From Nitrospirota bacterium (lineage in GTDB: Bacteria; Nitrospirota; UBA9217): 64,000 nucleotides of DNA. Positions 62,022-64,000 of the stretch are shown piece after piece. The translations under genes were made by a program, and so were the position numbers. Under the pieces are notes generated by a model. The model saw only the letters and a program-made list of their open reading frames with translations, had not been told where the DNA came from and ran no database searches. Position 1 is the stretch's first letter; every line of letters begins with the position of its first letter. The stretch is taken from assembly GCA_963790205.1 (NCBI GenBank), contig CAWBNQ010000008.1:96001-160000 (forward strand). The letters are read 5' to 3'.

Positions 62022-62686
62022 ATCGCCTCGCGGTCTTTCCGGAAACCGTTTTTTCCGTCGGTCCGGTGCAGGTCACCGACACGGTCATCTTCACCTGGGT
62101 CGTCATGACCGTCATTGTCCTCACGTCCTGGCTGCTGACCAGGCGGCTTTCCGCCGACCGACCGACGCTCATACAGGAGATGCTCGAGGCCGGGTTCGAG
62201 GCCGTTGAAAAGACCGTACAGGAGGTCGTGCCGTTCGACCCCTGGCTCGTCGTGCCCCTGCTCGGCACGCTCTGGATCCTCATCGGCTTCTCGAACCTCG
62301 TGGGGCTTGTGCCCGGAATAAAGACGCCGACTGCGGACATCAACACGACCTTCGCCTTTGCCGTCCTTTCCTATGCGGCGGCCCACGCCGTGGGAATTGC
62401 GAACCAGGGGTTCCGGAAATACCTGGCGCATTACGGGAGACCCACGTGGATCGTGCTGCCGTTCCACCTCGTCGCGGAGGTCACGAGGACCGTCGCGCTT
62501 GCCGTGCGGCTCTTCGGGAACATGCTGAGCGGCGACATGGTGGCCGTCATCATTCTCGGGATCGCCGGGCTGCTTGCGCCGGTGCCCTTTGCGCTGCTCC
62601 ATATCGTCATCGGCCTCATCCAGGCTTATATCTTCGGCGTGCTGACCCTCGTGTTCATCGCGGGCGGGTTCGGTGAGGAAGAGTAG
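62018..62686 (+). CDS. atpB: N-ATPase subunit a
   Basis: PTADINT, LAVRLFGNM and IQAYIF. Confidence 0.93.
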   Translation: MNRLAVFPETVFSVGPVQVTDTVIFTWVVMTVIVLTSWLLTRRLSADRPTLIQEMLEAGFEAVEKTVQEVVPFDPWLVVPLLGTLWILIGFSNLVGLVPGIKTPTADINTTFAFAVLSYAAAHAVGIANQGFRKYLAHYGRPTWIVLPFHLVAEVTRTVALAVRLFGNMLSGDMVAVIILGIAGLLAPVPFALLHIVIGLIQAYIFGVLTLVFIAGGFGEEE

Positions 62687-62868
62687 ACCCGGAAAGAACT
62701 GTTTAGCCACAAAAGGCACATAAATAAACCAAAGAACCAAGTGTCTCTATGTAATAAGCACATCACAATGAAGATGATTCTTGTTTCTGTGTTGTGAAGT
62801 TGTTTTTCTTTTGTGAATTTTGTGCCCTCTGTGGCCAATTGCTGCTTTAAGCATGAAAGGAGCACCAG

Positions 62869-63135
62869 ATGGACAATATGACGATCATCATCACCGCCTC
62901 GATCATCACCGCCGGCCTGACCATGGCCGCGGGCGGCTTCGGCCCGGCCCGGTCCCTGGGCGAGGCCCTTACCAAGGCCCTCGATTCCATCGCCCGTCAA
63001 CCCGAGGCGTCGGCCCAGATCATGCGCACGCTCATCGTCGGCATGGCGCTCATCGAGTCGATCGCGATCTACGCCTTCGTGATCGCCCTGATCATCCTGT
63101 TCGCGAACCCGCTCCTGGGGTATATGGTAAAATGA
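62869..63135 (+). CDS. atpE: N-ATPase subunit c
   Basis: ARQPE loop and ESIAIY. Confidence 0.93.
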   Translation: MDNMTIIITASIITAGLTMAAGGFGPARSLGEALTKALDSIARQPEASAQIMRTLIVGMALIESIAIYAFVIALIILFANPLLGYMVK

Positions 63136-63872
63136 AATTCAACGTCTGGACCCTGATCTTTCAAATAATCAATTTCGTCGTCCTGCTCGTTATTCTCAGG
63201 CGGGTCCTCTATAAGCCCGTGCGCGAGATCATGGAGAAGCGGCGGGGGCTTGTCGAGCAGAAAATGCGTGAAGCCGGACAGGCGCGGAGCGAGGCGCAGG
63301 CCTTGAAGGACAGATACGAGGCCGAGATGACCGGCATGAAGGAGCGGAAGTCCCGGATGGTCGAAGAACTTCAGACGGAAGTAGATGAAGAACGAAAGAG
63401 ATTGATCAACAAGGCGCGGGAAGACGCGGACCGAATCGCCATGCGGGAGAAAGCACAATTGAGCGTGGAACAACGGACGATCGAGGCGGAGATCAAGGAA
63501 AAAGTACTCGACTCGGTCTCGGTTTTTTCATCGAACCTCTTGAGGGACGTTGCCGATGAAACGCTCCATAAGGCCGTATTCCGAACGTTTCTTGACGGGC
63601 TGGAGGGATTCGCCCGGGAGCTTGGAGAACTGAAAGAACAGCAGGCCCCTTTGATTGTCGAGATCGCCTCGGCCTATCCGCTGACCACCGGGGAGATCGA
63701 GAAGGTCAGGGAAGCTATCCAGGCGCATACCGTGCGAACGGTTACGGTCAATGCAGCGGTCGAGCCGTTGCTTATCGCGGGGGTGCGGATGAAAGCCGAA
63801 GACTGGGTGTTCGATGCCTCGCTGGCGGGACAGGTCAGTGCCTTGAAAGAGAAGCTCAAAGAGACCTCGTAA
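63132..63872 (+). CDS. atpF: N-ATPase subunit b fused to a delta-like domain
   Basis: WTLIFQIINF...LYKPV; C-terminal LIAGV...DASL. Confidence 0.9.
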   Translation: MKFNVWTLIFQIINFVVLLVILRRVLYKPVREIMEKRRGLVEQKMREAGQARSEAQALKDRYEAEMTGMKERKSRMVEELQTEVDEERKRLINKAREDADRIAMREKAQLSVEQRTIEAEIKEKVLDSVSVFSSNLLRDVADETLHKAVFRTFLDGLEGFARELGELKEQQAPLIVEIASAYPLTTGEIEKVREAIQAHTVRTVTVNAAVEPLLIAGVRMKAEDWVFDASLAGQVSALKEKLKETS

Positions 63873-63873
63873 A

Positions 63874-64000
63874 ATGGAAAAAGAACTGACCCTTGTTTTG
63901 GAAAATATCCGACGGACCGTGGAGCAAACGGGTTTCTCGCCCGTGAGCTCGGAAGAGGGGACGGTCCTGTCCGCGGGGGACGGTATCGTCCACGCGGCCG
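63874..64000 (+). CDS. atpA: N-ATPase alpha subunit, N-terminal part (runs off window end)
   Basis: EEGTVLSAGDGIV; follows atpF. Confidence 0.85.
   Translation, partial: MEKELTLVLENIRRTVEQTGFSPVSSEEGTVLSAGDGIVHAA

Overview
Bacterial chromosomal window. Gene content (c7-type and multiheme cytochromes, NrfC/D-like pair, selABC, GlnE, N-ATPase) suggests an anaerobic Nitrospirota/Desulfobacterota-like organism; this is inference. Core genes: tonB-like, metE-like, queF, htrA, tatA/tatC, mobB, hemL, atpZ/atpI, a cytochrome-NrfCD cluster, selC/selB/selA, rnr, glnE, tauE, nhaA, a glucosyl/mannosylglycerate cluster and an N-type ATPase operon. Several core genes carry single-base frameshifts that look like sequencing errors. 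Two accessory regions stand out. (1) A 13.3 kb element (12399-25724) is integrated in the 3' end of tRNA-Sec, with a 24 bp att duplication and paired arm-type repeats. It encodes a Zn-ribbon integrase, a primase/helicase with a 26 bp inverted-repeat ori candidate, a TerS-like protein, a scaffold-like protein preceded by three copies of a structured RNA motif, and an ejection-protein-like ORF, but no recognisable major capsid, portal or TerL. It is a candidate new type of phage satellite, and also carries an internally deleted IS1-family element with a HEPN pair and a Phd-headed recombinase operon. (2) An AT-rich array (about 37.0-41.7 kb) of ASCH, HNH, unknown, secreted and TA genes is separated by attC-like sites, has no integron integrase (CALIN-like), and is preceded by tandem palindromic operators. 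All family assignments come from motif recognition by eye, not database searches.
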